IMG/VR virus record: IMGVR_UViG_3300007770_001239
Coordinates: 9,230-73,229 of that record
Reading direction: 5' to 3' (one strand)
From: a virus
Lineage: Duplodnaviria; Caudoviricetes
Length of the DNA: 64,000 nt
In this document: piece after piece, positions 1 through 8,487 of the stretch
How the letters are laid out: the number at the start of each line of letters is the position of its first letter
Position numbering within the stretch: the stretch's first letter is position 1
Notes under the pieces: generated by a model
Told to the model about the DNA's origin: nothing
The model's database searches: none
Seen by the model: the letters and a program-made list of their open reading frames with translations, nothing else
Translations under genes and position numbers: made by a program

Positions 1-2
1 TC

Positions 3-404
3 TTTCAGTACAGGGGCTCTCTTTTAAATTGGTGTCCGATTGGCAGGACAGCAGATACACAGCAGAGAGACGAATGGAAAAAATGGGATGAGGGCTATTG
101 CATCCGCTCCAATTATATGGACGAGTTACAAAAGTATATCGCTAAGGAAAAACTTCCCATCACCGTCGCACTGGGTGGCTCAACAAGTTTTGATATTTAC
201 CCAGCTGGATGGAACAAAACTTACGGTCTTCAGCACTACGATGGATGGGATGTGTTATTCGTGGGAGATAAATGCCAGCCCGGTGGTAATGACTGGCACC
301 TTTATTCTGCATTATCAGATGCAGATAGAGCGTGGGAAACCGATGGACCAGAAACTACAATCAGCATAATCAATAGAATCATAGAAAAGCTTTCTAGCGC
401 TTGA
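3..404 (+). CDS. Eukaryote-type (HAD-IIB, PMM family) phosphomannomutase, 5'-truncated by the window edge
   Basis: The frame of the 117..404 ORF is open from position 3: FQYRGSLLNWCPIGRT...GGSTSFDIYPAGWNKTYGL...FVGDKCQPGGNDW, matching PMM motifs (LNxSPIGR; GGQISFDVFPxGWDKTY; FGDKTxxGGND). Confidence 0.88.
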   Translation, partial: FQYRGSLLNWCPIGRTADTQQRDEWKKWDEGYCIRSNYMDELQKYIAKEKLPITVALGGSTSFDIYPAGWNKTYGLQHYDGWDVLFVGDKCQPGGNDWHLYSALSDADRAWETDGPETTISIINRIIEKLSSA

Positions 405-429
405 AAATTTCCACTTATTTCTCTACAAT
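401..429 (+). promoter_or_regulatory. Sigma70-type promoter upstream of the helicase
   Basis: TTGAAA(401-406)-N17-TACAAT(424-429), then SD AAGGAG and GTG start at 449. Confidence 0.65.
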
Positions 430-448
430 AATGTAAAAGGAGTCTAGT

Positions 449-2083
449 GTGAGCTTTGAGTATAACCAACAATTTCCACATAAATCTATTCGTGAACAAC
501 AATCGAAAGCTATCGACTTTGCATTGAACGCTTCCCTGAACGAAGGTAAGAGATTTATCATCATCGAAGCCGGTACAGGCGTTGGTAAGAGTGCAATCGG
601 TCTGACAGTTGCACGATACCTTAGCAAAAATATATCGAATACAGCAGGATTATTTGAACCAGGGTCTTATTTTTTGACAACTCAGAAAATTTTGCAAGAA
701 CAATATGTCAAAGATTTTGGTGGATTTTCAGGACCAATGAAGTCTATTAAGTCAGCCACAAATTACACATGTAGTTTTAACAAAAAGACAACATGTGCCG
801 AAAGTCTTAGGGCTTTACGCACAACGGAAAAGGGCAGCCGGTTTTGGAAAGCATGCACTTTCAACTGTGTATACAGGACAGCTAAGGATGGTTTTCTAAA
901 GTCTCCGGAAGGGGTCACCAACTTTCCTTACTTTCTTGCCGAAACACAATACGCTGGAAAGCTTACCCCACGTCAAGTATTAGTAATCGATGAAGCCCAT
1001 AATGTTGATAACGAACTTAGCAAATTTGTCGAAGTCACGATTTCAAATCGGTTTTGCAAAAGCTTTCTAAATTTTGAAATTCCAAAAGGGCTTACTACTG
1101 CTAAGTACGTTACATGGATTAAGGAGACCTACGTCCCCACCATATCAGGTAAGCTTAAGCATCTCGAGCAAATGCTAGAAAAATATGTCGGTCTGAAAGA
1201 GAAGATTAAGTCTGGTGAGTTCGCTTCTCTTGCAAAGAAATTTGAGATTATGGATAAACATGTTTGTAAGGTTCGTCGATTTTTAGGATTGTATAATTCA
1301 GAAAATTGGGTTATGAATGAAATTGCCGCTGATGGACGCTCAGGTAGGAAAATAGAATTTAAACCAATTGATGTTGCGCCCTTCGCGGAGGAGCACCTGT
1401 ATAATTTCGGAGAGATCGTAATCCTGATGTCTGCTACAATCTTAGATAAAGATGCTTTCACAGAAAGTGTGGGTATACCCAAAGATAAAGCAGCTTTCAT
1501 TAGTCTGCCGAGTCCGTTTCCTGTAGAAAACCGGCCGGTTGTTTTTAGCGGTATGGGAAAGATGAGCTCGAAATCGATCGATGAAACGCTCCCGCGCATG
1601 GCTGATGCAGTAAAAGAAATTTTGAAACAACATAAAAATGAAAAAGGGATTATTCATTGCCATTCGTATAAGGTCGCAAATTATATCAAACGAAATGTTC
1701 GCAACTCTCGGCTACTGATTCATAATTCTGTTAATAGAGAAGCTGTATTAGAAAAGCACCTAAGAGGTAAAAAGCCCACTGTACTGATTTCTCCATCAAT
1801 GACAGAGGGTGTTGATCTAAAGGGAGATTTAAGCCGGTTTCAAATTATCTGCAAGGTTCCCTATCCATATTTAGGAGATAAGCTTGTAAGAAAAAAGATG
1901 AATAAATGGAAGTGGTGGTATCCCCTTCAGACAGCAAAAACGATAGTTCAAGCGACCGGACGATCTGTCCGATCTAAAGATGACACAGCAGTAACCTACA
2001 TCTTAGATTCCGATTTTGAGATGTTTTATAACCGTAACCGTGAAATGTTTCCAGAAGGATTCAAAGAGAGTCTACACAAATGA
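449..2083 (+). CDS. dinG: DinG/XPD-family SF2 helicase with Fe-S cluster
   Basis: Q motif (IREQQ), Walker A EAGTGVGKS, four-Cys cluster (NYTC..TC..ACTFNC), DEAH, LMSATI, C-terminal QATGRSVRSKDD of Helicase_C_2. Confidence 0.88.
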   Translation: MSFEYNQQFPHKSIREQQSKAIDFALNASLNEGKRFIIIEAGTGVGKSAIGLTVARYLSKNISNTAGLFEPGSYFLTTQKILQEQYVKDFGGFSGPMKSIKSATNYTCSFNKKTTCAESLRALRTTEKGSRFWKACTFNCVYRTAKDGFLKSPEGVTNFPYFLAETQYAGKLTPRQVLVIDEAHNVDNELSKFVEVTISNRFCKSFLNFEIPKGLTTAKYVTWIKETYVPTISGKLKHLEQMLEKYVGLKEKIKSGEFASLAKKFEIMDKHVCKVRRFLGLYNSENWVMNEIAADGRSGRKIEFKPIDVAPFAEEHLYNFGEIVILMSATILDKDAFTESVGIPKDKAAFISLPSPFPVENRPVVFSGMGKMSSKSIDETLPRMADAVKEILKQHKNEKGIIHCHSYKVANYIKRNVRNSRLLIHNSVNREAVLEKHLRGKKPTVLISPSMTEGVDLKGDLSRFQIICKVPYPYLGDKLVRKKMNKWKWWYPLQTAKTIVQATGRSVRSKDDTAVTYILDSDFEMFYNRNREMFPEGFKESLHK

Positions 2084-2586
2084 AAGTATACAATTCTGTT
2101 AAAGAATTTAGAGAGTATGTTGATAGAGACGGAGTCTGGGGTGGGGAGGGTATTAACGTCTACATGACATCCGGAGGATTTGATCCTCTCCATGTCGGTC
2201 ACTTGAGGTGCATTCTTGAAACCGTAGATATGGCAGAGCAAGATGGCGGATATGTAGCTGTCATTGTTAACGGTGACGGATTCCTGGAGCGAAAAAAGGG
2301 AAGAGCCTTTATGCCCGCTGCTGAGAGGGCAGAAATTATCGCAGGAATTCGAGGAGTAGATGCCGTGATTATTTGGGATGATGGAGGTCAGACAGTCATT
2401 GGTGCAATAGCTGATCTTAAACCCGATTTCTTTACAAAGGGCGGTGACAGGGCTGCACCTGAAGATATTCCAGAATGGGATATATGCAATGAAGTCGAGT
2501 GTAAAGTGATATTCAATGTCGGTGGGGGTAAAGTACAGAGCTCTTCCTGGCTGCTAGAGGAGGTAGAAAAAAATGCGGACGATTGA
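2080..2586 (+). CDS. Cytidylyltransferase-like nucleotidyltransferase (TagD/RfaE-II fold)
   Basis: SGGFDPLHVGH (HxGH), ERAEII..IRGVD, KGGDR, C-terminal KVQSSS. Confidence 0.85.
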   Translation: MKVYNSVKEFREYVDRDGVWGGEGINVYMTSGGFDPLHVGHLRCILETVDMAEQDGGYVAVIVNGDGFLERKKGRAFMPAAERAEIIAGIRGVDAVIIWDDGGQTVIGAIADLKPDFFTKGGDRAAPEDIPEWDICNEVECKVIFNVGGGKVQSSSWLLEEVEKNADD

Positions 2587-2911
2587 AAAACCGTGGGGAT
2601 TTGAGATAATATGGGCGGAAACAGAACACTACGTTGGAAAACTTCTTCATATTAACGCCGGCCATAAGTTGTCTAAGCAATACCACGAAGTCAAAGAAGA
2701 GACGATATATGTTCTGAATGGGACGTTATACAATTACGAAGCAGATGGGAGGATTACGAAGGTAGCACCCGGAAATGCGCTACATATTCATGTTGGACAG
2801 ATCCATAGATTTGGAGCAAACGAATCTTCTGTAGAGTTAATCGAAGTGAGTACGAATTATTTAGATGATGTAGTCCGTTTGGAGGATGATTATGGGAGAA
2901 AAGAATCCTAA
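2573..2911 (+). CDS. Cupin protein, mannose-6-phosphate-isomerase type II-like
   Basis: IEKPWG...LSKQYHEVKEETIYVLNG...HIHVGQIHRF...IEVST. Confidence 0.75.
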   Translation: MRTIEKPWGFEIIWAETEHYVGKLLHINAGHKLSKQYHEVKEETIYVLNGTLYNYEADGRITKVAPGNALHIHVGQIHRFGANESSVELIEVSTNYLDDVVRLEDDYGRKES

Positions 2912-3317
2912 GCAGGGAGCCGGCTTTATTATTTTTAGCGAAAATGATAGAACCAAAATGTTAGTTTTAGTCAGGAATGACGGCGTATATGACATTCCCA
3001 AAGGTGTAAAAAATAAGGGTGAATCCGATCTCTCTGCTGCTAAAAGAGAGTGCTTCGAGGAATGTTCAATAGTAATCGAGGGTAATGAATTATTACCTTG
3101 CGCACCTCTACGCTCTGGTGCCCTCGTTACGTTCAGCGCACAAACATCTAAAACGCCAGAAATCGTTCCGAACGAAGAAACAGGGATATGGGAACACGTA
3201 GGTTACAAGTGGGTATCTGAAGAAGAGGCATTGACGAAATGTATATCTTATCTTAGACCCTTAATATCAAATACATTCCGCCAAGTACAAATGTTATCAA
3301 CGTTAGAGGCCGAATAA
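2892..3317 (+). CDS. Nudix hydrolase
   Basis: Nudix box GVKNKGESDLSAAKRECFEECSI; GGAGG at 2881-2885 favours the ATG at 2892 over 2886. Confidence 0.85.
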   Translation: MGEKNPKQGAGFIIFSENDRTKMLVLVRNDGVYDIPKGVKNKGESDLSAAKRECFEECSIVIEGNELLPCAPLRSGALVTFSAQTSKTPEIVPNEETGIWEHVGYKWVSEEEALTKCISYLRPLISNTFRQVQMLSTLEAE

Positions 3318-3326
3318 TACTTAAAG
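3317..3326 (+). promoter_or_regulatory. Candidate phage promoter motif ATA(C/T)TTA, copy 1
   Basis: ATACTTAAAG ends 12 nt before the yeaH start; similar motifs at the same spacing at 13274 and 47908. Confidence 0.4.
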
Positions 3327-3338
3327 TAAGAGGGACCC

Positions 3339-4499
3339 ATGTCAATATTCAAAAGACATAAGACGATAGCAGATCGATCGGCTAATGATCGATCGAGGCA
3401 TCGCAAGAAAATTGAGAAAGCTATCAAAGAGGGGATCCATAATATCGTTGCAGAAGAGTCCATTATCGGAAAAGGTGGAAAGAAGAAATTTCGAATTCCT
3501 GTTAGGGGGATTAAAGAATATCGCTTTGTATATGGAGACAATGGGTCTAAAAGAGTGGGGTCAGCCCAAGGAAAAGATGTCCAGCGTGGACAAGTTATTG
3601 GTGAGAAAGAGCGCCGGCGTGATCAAGCTGGTGGAAAGCCAGGACAAGAAAAGGGCGAAGAATTTTATGAAGTAGAACTAACTCTAGAGCAACTGTCTGA
3701 ATACCTCTTCAAGGATTTAGAGCTTCCAAATTTTGAAAAGAAAAGAAATGCAAAAGTTGTTTCGAAAAAAATAAAGAGAAAAGGCTACAGAACAAAGGGT
3801 ATCCGACCAAGGCTTGATAAGAAAAAGACAGTCATGCAGAAGATCAAGCGAAGAAAGAAGGCCGAGTACTCGGGCACTAGAGGAGAAGATGAAGACTTTT
3901 CATTTCATGACAGAGATCTACGATATCGTCATTATAAGGTTTCAAAAAAGCTGTCCTCAAATGCTGCGATTTTCTTTTTGATGGATATCTCTGGATCAAT
4001 GACAAAAGAAAAGAAGTTTCTTGCAAGGAGTTTTTTCTTTTTGCTTTATCACTTTATTCGCTCTAAATATGACAAGGTGGAACTAGTATTTATATCACAT
4101 GATGTAGAAGCGTATGAAGTGACAGAAGAACAATTCTTCGGACGTGGTTCATCAGGTGGAACTCTAGTTTCTTCTGCTGTTAAAATGACAGATGACATTA
4201 TTGATATTCGATATCATCCGTCTAACTGGAATACATATGTTTTTCAATGTTCTGATGGTGACAACTGGCCAGGTGACAATGATGCTGTACGAGGTTTGCT
4301 TTCTACGCTAATGCCGAAAGTACAATTCTTTGGGTACTGTGAAATATCTCCTAACAGTGAACGTCTAAAGTGGATAAATGACACATCGCTTGGGAAGCTT
4401 TACGAGACAATGACGAGTGATAAATTTAAATCTGTAGGGATATATTCAAAAAATGATATCTGGGTGGCGTTTAATAATTTTTTTAAGGGAGAATATTAG
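3339..4499 (+). CDS. yeaH: YeaH/YhbH (DUF444) vWA-domain protein
   Basis: N-terminal DRSANDRSRHRKKIEKAIKE, YRFVYG, MIDAS MDISGSM, SSGGTLVSS, FQCSDGDNW. Confidence 0.9.
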   Translation: MSIFKRHKTIADRSANDRSRHRKKIEKAIKEGIHNIVAEESIIGKGGKKKFRIPVRGIKEYRFVYGDNGSKRVGSAQGKDVQRGQVIGEKERRRDQAGGKPGQEKGEEFYEVELTLEQLSEYLFKDLELPNFEKKRNAKVVSKKIKRKGYRTKGIRPRLDKKKTVMQKIKRRKKAEYSGTRGEDEDFSFHDRDLRYRHYKVSKKLSSNAAIFFLMDISGSMTKEKKFLARSFFFLLYHFIRSKYDKVELVFISHDVEAYEVTEEQFFGRGSSGGTLVSSAVKMTDDIIDIRYHPSNWNTYVFQCSDGDNWPGDNDAVRGLLSTLMPKVQFFGYCEISPNSERLKWINDTSLGKLYETMTSDKFKSVGIYSKNDIWVAFNNFFKGEY

Positions 4500-5804
4500 A
4501 TGTCTTTATTAAAAGAATTAGAGAAGTGGGACGAGACCTTAGAGAAGATGGCTCTTGATCATGGCTTGGATTGGTTTCCTATCCTGTATGAGACATGTGA
4601 TTATTATGAAATGATTGGTACAATGGCATATCATGGAATGCCCTCTCATTACGGACATTGGAGCTACGGCAAAAGCTTTGAACGGACGCATGCCATGTAT
4701 AATGCCGGCCTAGAAGGCTTACCTTATGAATTGATCATCAATAGTGATCCATCTTTAGCTTATTTGATGGAAGAAAATCCACTCTATCTTCAAATCTTAA
4801 TAATGGCTCACTGTATCGGACATTCAGACTTTTTCAAGAATAACGCAACGTTCAAAAAAACCAGGCCAGACCAAGTTATCTTAAGAATGCGCAATGCAAA
4901 AAGATACATCGATCAGCTCGTAGAAGATCCAAGCGTTGGTGTAGAGCGAGTTGAAGAAGTTTTGGATGCGGTTCATGCGTTATCTTTGCACGTGCCCAGA
5001 AGGCACAAGAAATATGTTTCTCAAAAAGAGCAACGCAAAGAGCTTATTCAAGAAATTAAGGGTGGATTTTTCAAAGATGAAAAAACATCTCCGAACCCCG
5101 ACAGATATCCCATAAGTAGAGAAGAAAATCTTATCGCATTTATTGCAGAAATGGCGCAAGGATTAGAAGAGTGGGAAAGAGAATTAATGTTGATTGCTTT
5201 GGATGATGCTCAATATTTCATGCCACAGATTAGAACGAAGATAATGAACGAAGGATGGGCGTCATACTGGCACTACAGATTGATGCATGAATTAGAATTA
5301 GATTCAGGCATGCACTTGCCATTCCTAAAAATGCATAATGAAGTTGTTCGTCCCCACCTTGGTTCGATCAATCCTTATCATTTAGGGTTTCATATGTTTC
5401 AGAAAATTGAAGAGAGGTTTGGACTTGAGGAATGCTTTATCGCAAGAGAGTCATTAAATGATGAATCATTTTTAAGACAATACCTCACCGAAAAGGATTG
5501 CGAAGAATTGAACCTATTTAGTTTCTCTTTACACAAGAATGAGTACATGATAGATGATGTGTCAGATACACAAGGATGGAAAAACGTGAAAGAAGACCTA
5601 ATCAAACAAGTTGGCGGGAATAATATACCCGTAATAACAGTGGCTGGTATTGAAGAAGGAAATATTTTGTGTCTACAGCATGAACACGATGGTAGGGATT
5701 TAGACTTAGATTACGGAGATGCAGTGGTCCGACATATTACTCGTTTGTGGGGTGATATTGTTAAATTGGATACGATAATCGAAGATGAACCCTTCGAGAT
5801 TTAG
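4500..5804 (+). CDS. spoVR: SpoVR/YcgB family protein
   Basis: GMPSHYGHWSYGK, GLPYELIINSDP, IMAHCIGHSDFFKNN, IRTKIMNEGWASYWH, INPYHLGF. Confidence 0.93.
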   Translation: MSLLKELEKWDETLEKMALDHGLDWFPILYETCDYYEMIGTMAYHGMPSHYGHWSYGKSFERTHAMYNAGLEGLPYELIINSDPSLAYLMEENPLYLQILIMAHCIGHSDFFKNNATFKKTRPDQVILRMRNAKRYIDQLVEDPSVGVERVEEVLDAVHALSLHVPRRHKKYVSQKEQRKELIQEIKGGFFKDEKTSPNPDRYPISREENLIAFIAEMAQGLEEWERELMLIALDDAQYFMPQIRTKIMNEGWASYWHYRLMHELELDSGMHLPFLKMHNEVVRPHLGSINPYHLGFHMFQKIEERFGLEECFIARESLNDESFLRQYLTEKDCEELNLFSFSLHKNEYMIDDVSDTQGWKNVKEDLIKQVGGNNIPVITVAGIEEGNILCLQHEHDGRDLDLDYGDAVVRHITRLWGDIVKLDTIIEDEPFEI

Positions 5805-5818
5805 TTCGGGAGAAGCTT

Positions 5819-7747
5819 ATGTCAAAAAACAAATATCTAGATATTATTAAGGCTCAACGGGCTTCTAATAAGAAAGAAAAATTTAGAGGGACTTTTCTCG
5901 AGTACCTTTCTCTTATAGAGAAGGATCCCTCCATAACTGATCATGCACATAAAAGGCTTTATGATACAATCACTGAGCACGGTGTGAGTAGGCTTGATGA
6001 CACTGACCCTAGAAAACACAAGCTATTTGATGGAGAGAACATAAAGACTTATGAGTATTTTCAAAGTCAATTTTATGGGATGGAAAAAGTAATAGCTAAA
6101 ATAATGAGGTATCTTCGCTCGGCTGGACTTAAGGGTGAAGAGAGTCGTCAGGTATTACTTTTGATGGGCCCGGTTGGCGCTGGAAAATCTGCTCTCACAG
6201 AGCATATAAAGAGCTGTCTGGATGGCCATACATACTACCACTTAGAAAGTGATCCTCAGTGCGGTGAGCCGCTTCAATTAATTCCGCGGTCTTTGAGACC
6301 AAAGATGAAAGAGATGTTAGGCGTGCATATTGAAGGAGACATATCTCCCGTTGCAAGACACCTCTTGTTTGAAGAATACGGTGGGGAATATGAAAAGTTT
6401 ATTGTAAAAGAAACTACATTTTCCCAGCGAGCAAGAAGGGGTGTTGCATCAGTACCACCAATGGATGCAAATAGCCAAGACGTTTCTGTCCTTATCGGTT
6501 CAGAAGACATTTCCAAGTTAGACAAATATTCTGAAGATGATCCCAGAGCGCTTAGTCTTAATGGAGCATTCAACGTGGGTAATCGTGGGATTGTAGAGCT
6601 TGTGGAGGTCTTTAAGAATGAAATTGAGTTTCTCCACACAATCATCACCGCGACACAGGAGAAGAGAGTTCCGTCCCCCGGAAAGCATGATATGATCCAT
6701 TTCGATGGTGTGATCTTAGCGCACTGTAATGAGGCGGAATGGAATCGGTTCCAGAGTGAGCACACTAACGAAGCTATTTTAGATAGGATTGTTAAGATCG
6801 ATGTACCGTATGTTCTGGAACTAGAACAGGAAATTCGGATTTACGAAAAAATTCTTGGTCAAGCCAATTTTGATATTCATATCGCTCCCCATACTCTACG
6901 CGTTGCGTCGATGTTTTCGATTCTCAGTCGATTGCATGAAAGTCAAAAATGTGATCTCTTAACAAAGCTAAAAATCTATAATGGCGAAGAAGTTGTAGAA
7001 AAGGGTCGAGTCAAGAAAATAGACATTACTGACTTGAAAGACGAATCAGACAGAGAGGGAATGACTGGAATTTCTACAAGATTCATAATGAAAGCAATTG
7101 ATAACGCATTAAGTGATTCTGATCGTGATTTTATCACCCCTGTTTCCATGCTAGACTCCTTGATGAAGCAAGTGAAAGAACAACTGATAAACAAAGATTT
7201 CGCAGAGCGTTGTCTTGAATTGATTCGAAATACGGTCAGGAATGAATATCTTAGATTGCTTGAAAATGAAATCGCAAAAGCATTTATTACTGCGTATGAA
7301 GAACAAGCACAATCCATTTTTGAAAACTATCTTGATAATGCCGAAGCCTTTACAACAAAGTGTAAACTAAAAGATCGAGTAACAAAAGAAGATATGCATC
7401 CTGATGAAGACTTTATGAGATCTATCGAAGGTGCTATTGGAGTGAGCTCATCGGGCAAAGAGGGGTTCCGAGCAGATGTGACTGCTTACATGTTCGCTAA
7501 AATGAGAAGGGGCGAAGTTGTTGATTATACATCTTATGAGCCGCTTAAGGAAGCGATCGAAACATACCTAATCAGCTCAGTAAAAGATCTGGCTAGAATC
7601 GTTACAAAGTCTAAGACTAGAGATGATGAACAGAAGCATAAATACTCAAGCATGGTGCAAACCTTGATAGACGAATATGGTTACACAGCTGAATCAGCAG
7701 AAGAAGTCTTGGTGTACGCTAGTAACAATCTCTGGAGAGATAGCTGA
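5819..7747 (+). CDS. prkA: PrkA/YeaG AAA+ ATPase (annotated serine kinase family)
   Basis: FYGMEKVI, Walker A LMGPVGAGKS, GAFNVGNRGIVELVEVFK, AHCNEAEW, ILDRIVKIDVPY, GMTGISTRF. Confidence 0.93.
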   Translation: MSKNKYLDIIKAQRASNKKEKFRGTFLEYLSLIEKDPSITDHAHKRLYDTITEHGVSRLDDTDPRKHKLFDGENIKTYEYFQSQFYGMEKVIAKIMRYLRSAGLKGEESRQVLLLMGPVGAGKSALTEHIKSCLDGHTYYHLESDPQCGEPLQLIPRSLRPKMKEMLGVHIEGDISPVARHLLFEEYGGEYEKFIVKETTFSQRARRGVASVPPMDANSQDVSVLIGSEDISKLDKYSEDDPRALSLNGAFNVGNRGIVELVEVFKNEIEFLHTIITATQEKRVPSPGKHDMIHFDGVILAHCNEAEWNRFQSEHTNEAILDRIVKIDVPYVLELEQEIRIYEKILGQANFDIHIAPHTLRVASMFSILSRLHESQKCDLLTKLKIYNGEEVVEKGRVKKIDITDLKDESDREGMTGISTRFIMKAIDNALSDSDRDFITPVSMLDSLMKQVKEQLINKDFAERCLELIRNTVRNEYLRLLENEIAKAFITAYEEQAQSIFENYLDNAEAFTTKCKLKDRVTKEDMHPDEDFMRSIEGAIGVSSSGKEGFRADVTAYMFAKMRRGEVVDYTSYEPLKEAIETYLISSVKDLARIVTKSKTRDDEQKHKYSSMVQTLIDEYGYTAESAEEVLVYASNNLWRDS

Positions 7748-7748
7748 T

Positions 7749-8195
7749 GTGTTTAGATTGCCCCCAGATCAAAAATCTTATTTCTATAAAAACATTGAAA
7801 TAAGAGAATCTTCTGTGCATGGCTTGGGTGTTTTTGCGACACAAGACATTCCAATACACACATGCTTTGAAATTTCACCCGTTGTTATTTTTGACAGAAG
7901 CCTTATGCAGGACTGGCTAGATATGTACGATGAGCGGCATATTCTAAACGAGTACTTGTTCCAATCGTACGACAAACAGCATGCAGTCGTGCTTGGTTTT
8001 GGAAGCATCTATAACCATTCAGCGTTCCCAAATGCATTTTACAGATGGCGAGAATGTGAAAAATTTCCAGCAATGGAATTTTGGTCTAAAAGAGCGATCG
8101 TAAAAAACGAAGAAATATTCGTGAAATATACACATTATTCTGATACATTACAATTCATGGATGAGAAAGAATCCAAGTATCTTGGGCTTGAATAA
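7749..8195 (+). CDS. SET-domain lysine methyltransferase
   Basis: SSVHGLGVFATQDI, GSIYNHSAFPNA, AIVKNEEIFVKY; GTG start at 7749 directly after the prkA stop is more plausible than the 7677 start. Confidence 0.85.
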   Translation: MFRLPPDQKSYFYKNIEIRESSVHGLGVFATQDIPIHTCFEISPVVIFDRSLMQDWLDMYDERHILNEYLFQSYDKQHAVVLGFGSIYNHSAFPNAFYRWRECEKFPAMEFWSKRAIVKNEEIFVKYTHYSDTLQFMDEKESKYLGLE

Positions 8196-8206
8196 AGGGA
8201 GTTAAG

Positions 8207-8476
8207 ATGAACATACGTTTTGGTATGTCAGAGATGATGGTTGTTTTTGCAACTGCCCTATTGTGGCATAACGTTGTCGGGGCTTGTTGCATTTTTGCGC
8301 TAGCAGTATTTTCGGCATTTTGTAGATGGGCAGTTGAATTTTCAGAAAAAACCAAAAAAGCAGAAGCGAATCGTAAAGCAGTACAGACGCTAAATGAACA
8401 AGCAGGTGAATTGGGAGAAGCGCTTGGCGCACTTTTCTCTAGTGGTAATCAAAAGAAAAATACAAACTTGCACTGA
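8207..8476 (+). CDS. Small membrane protein (hydrophobic N-half, charged helical C-half)
   Basis: SD GGGAG; hydrophobic MVVFATALLW..GACCIFALAVFSAF. Confidence 0.6.
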   Translation: MNIRFGMSEMMVVFATALLWHNVVGACCIFALAVFSAFCRWAVEFSEKTKKAEANRKAVQTLNEQAGELGEALGALFSSGNQKKNTNLH

Positions 8477-8487
8477 TCGGATGTCAT

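Noticed and set aside
3339-7747. Cellular sporulation locus
   Set aside because: The flanks are phage-like, with no other sporulation or housekeeping genes; the triad also occurs in non-sporulating bacteria
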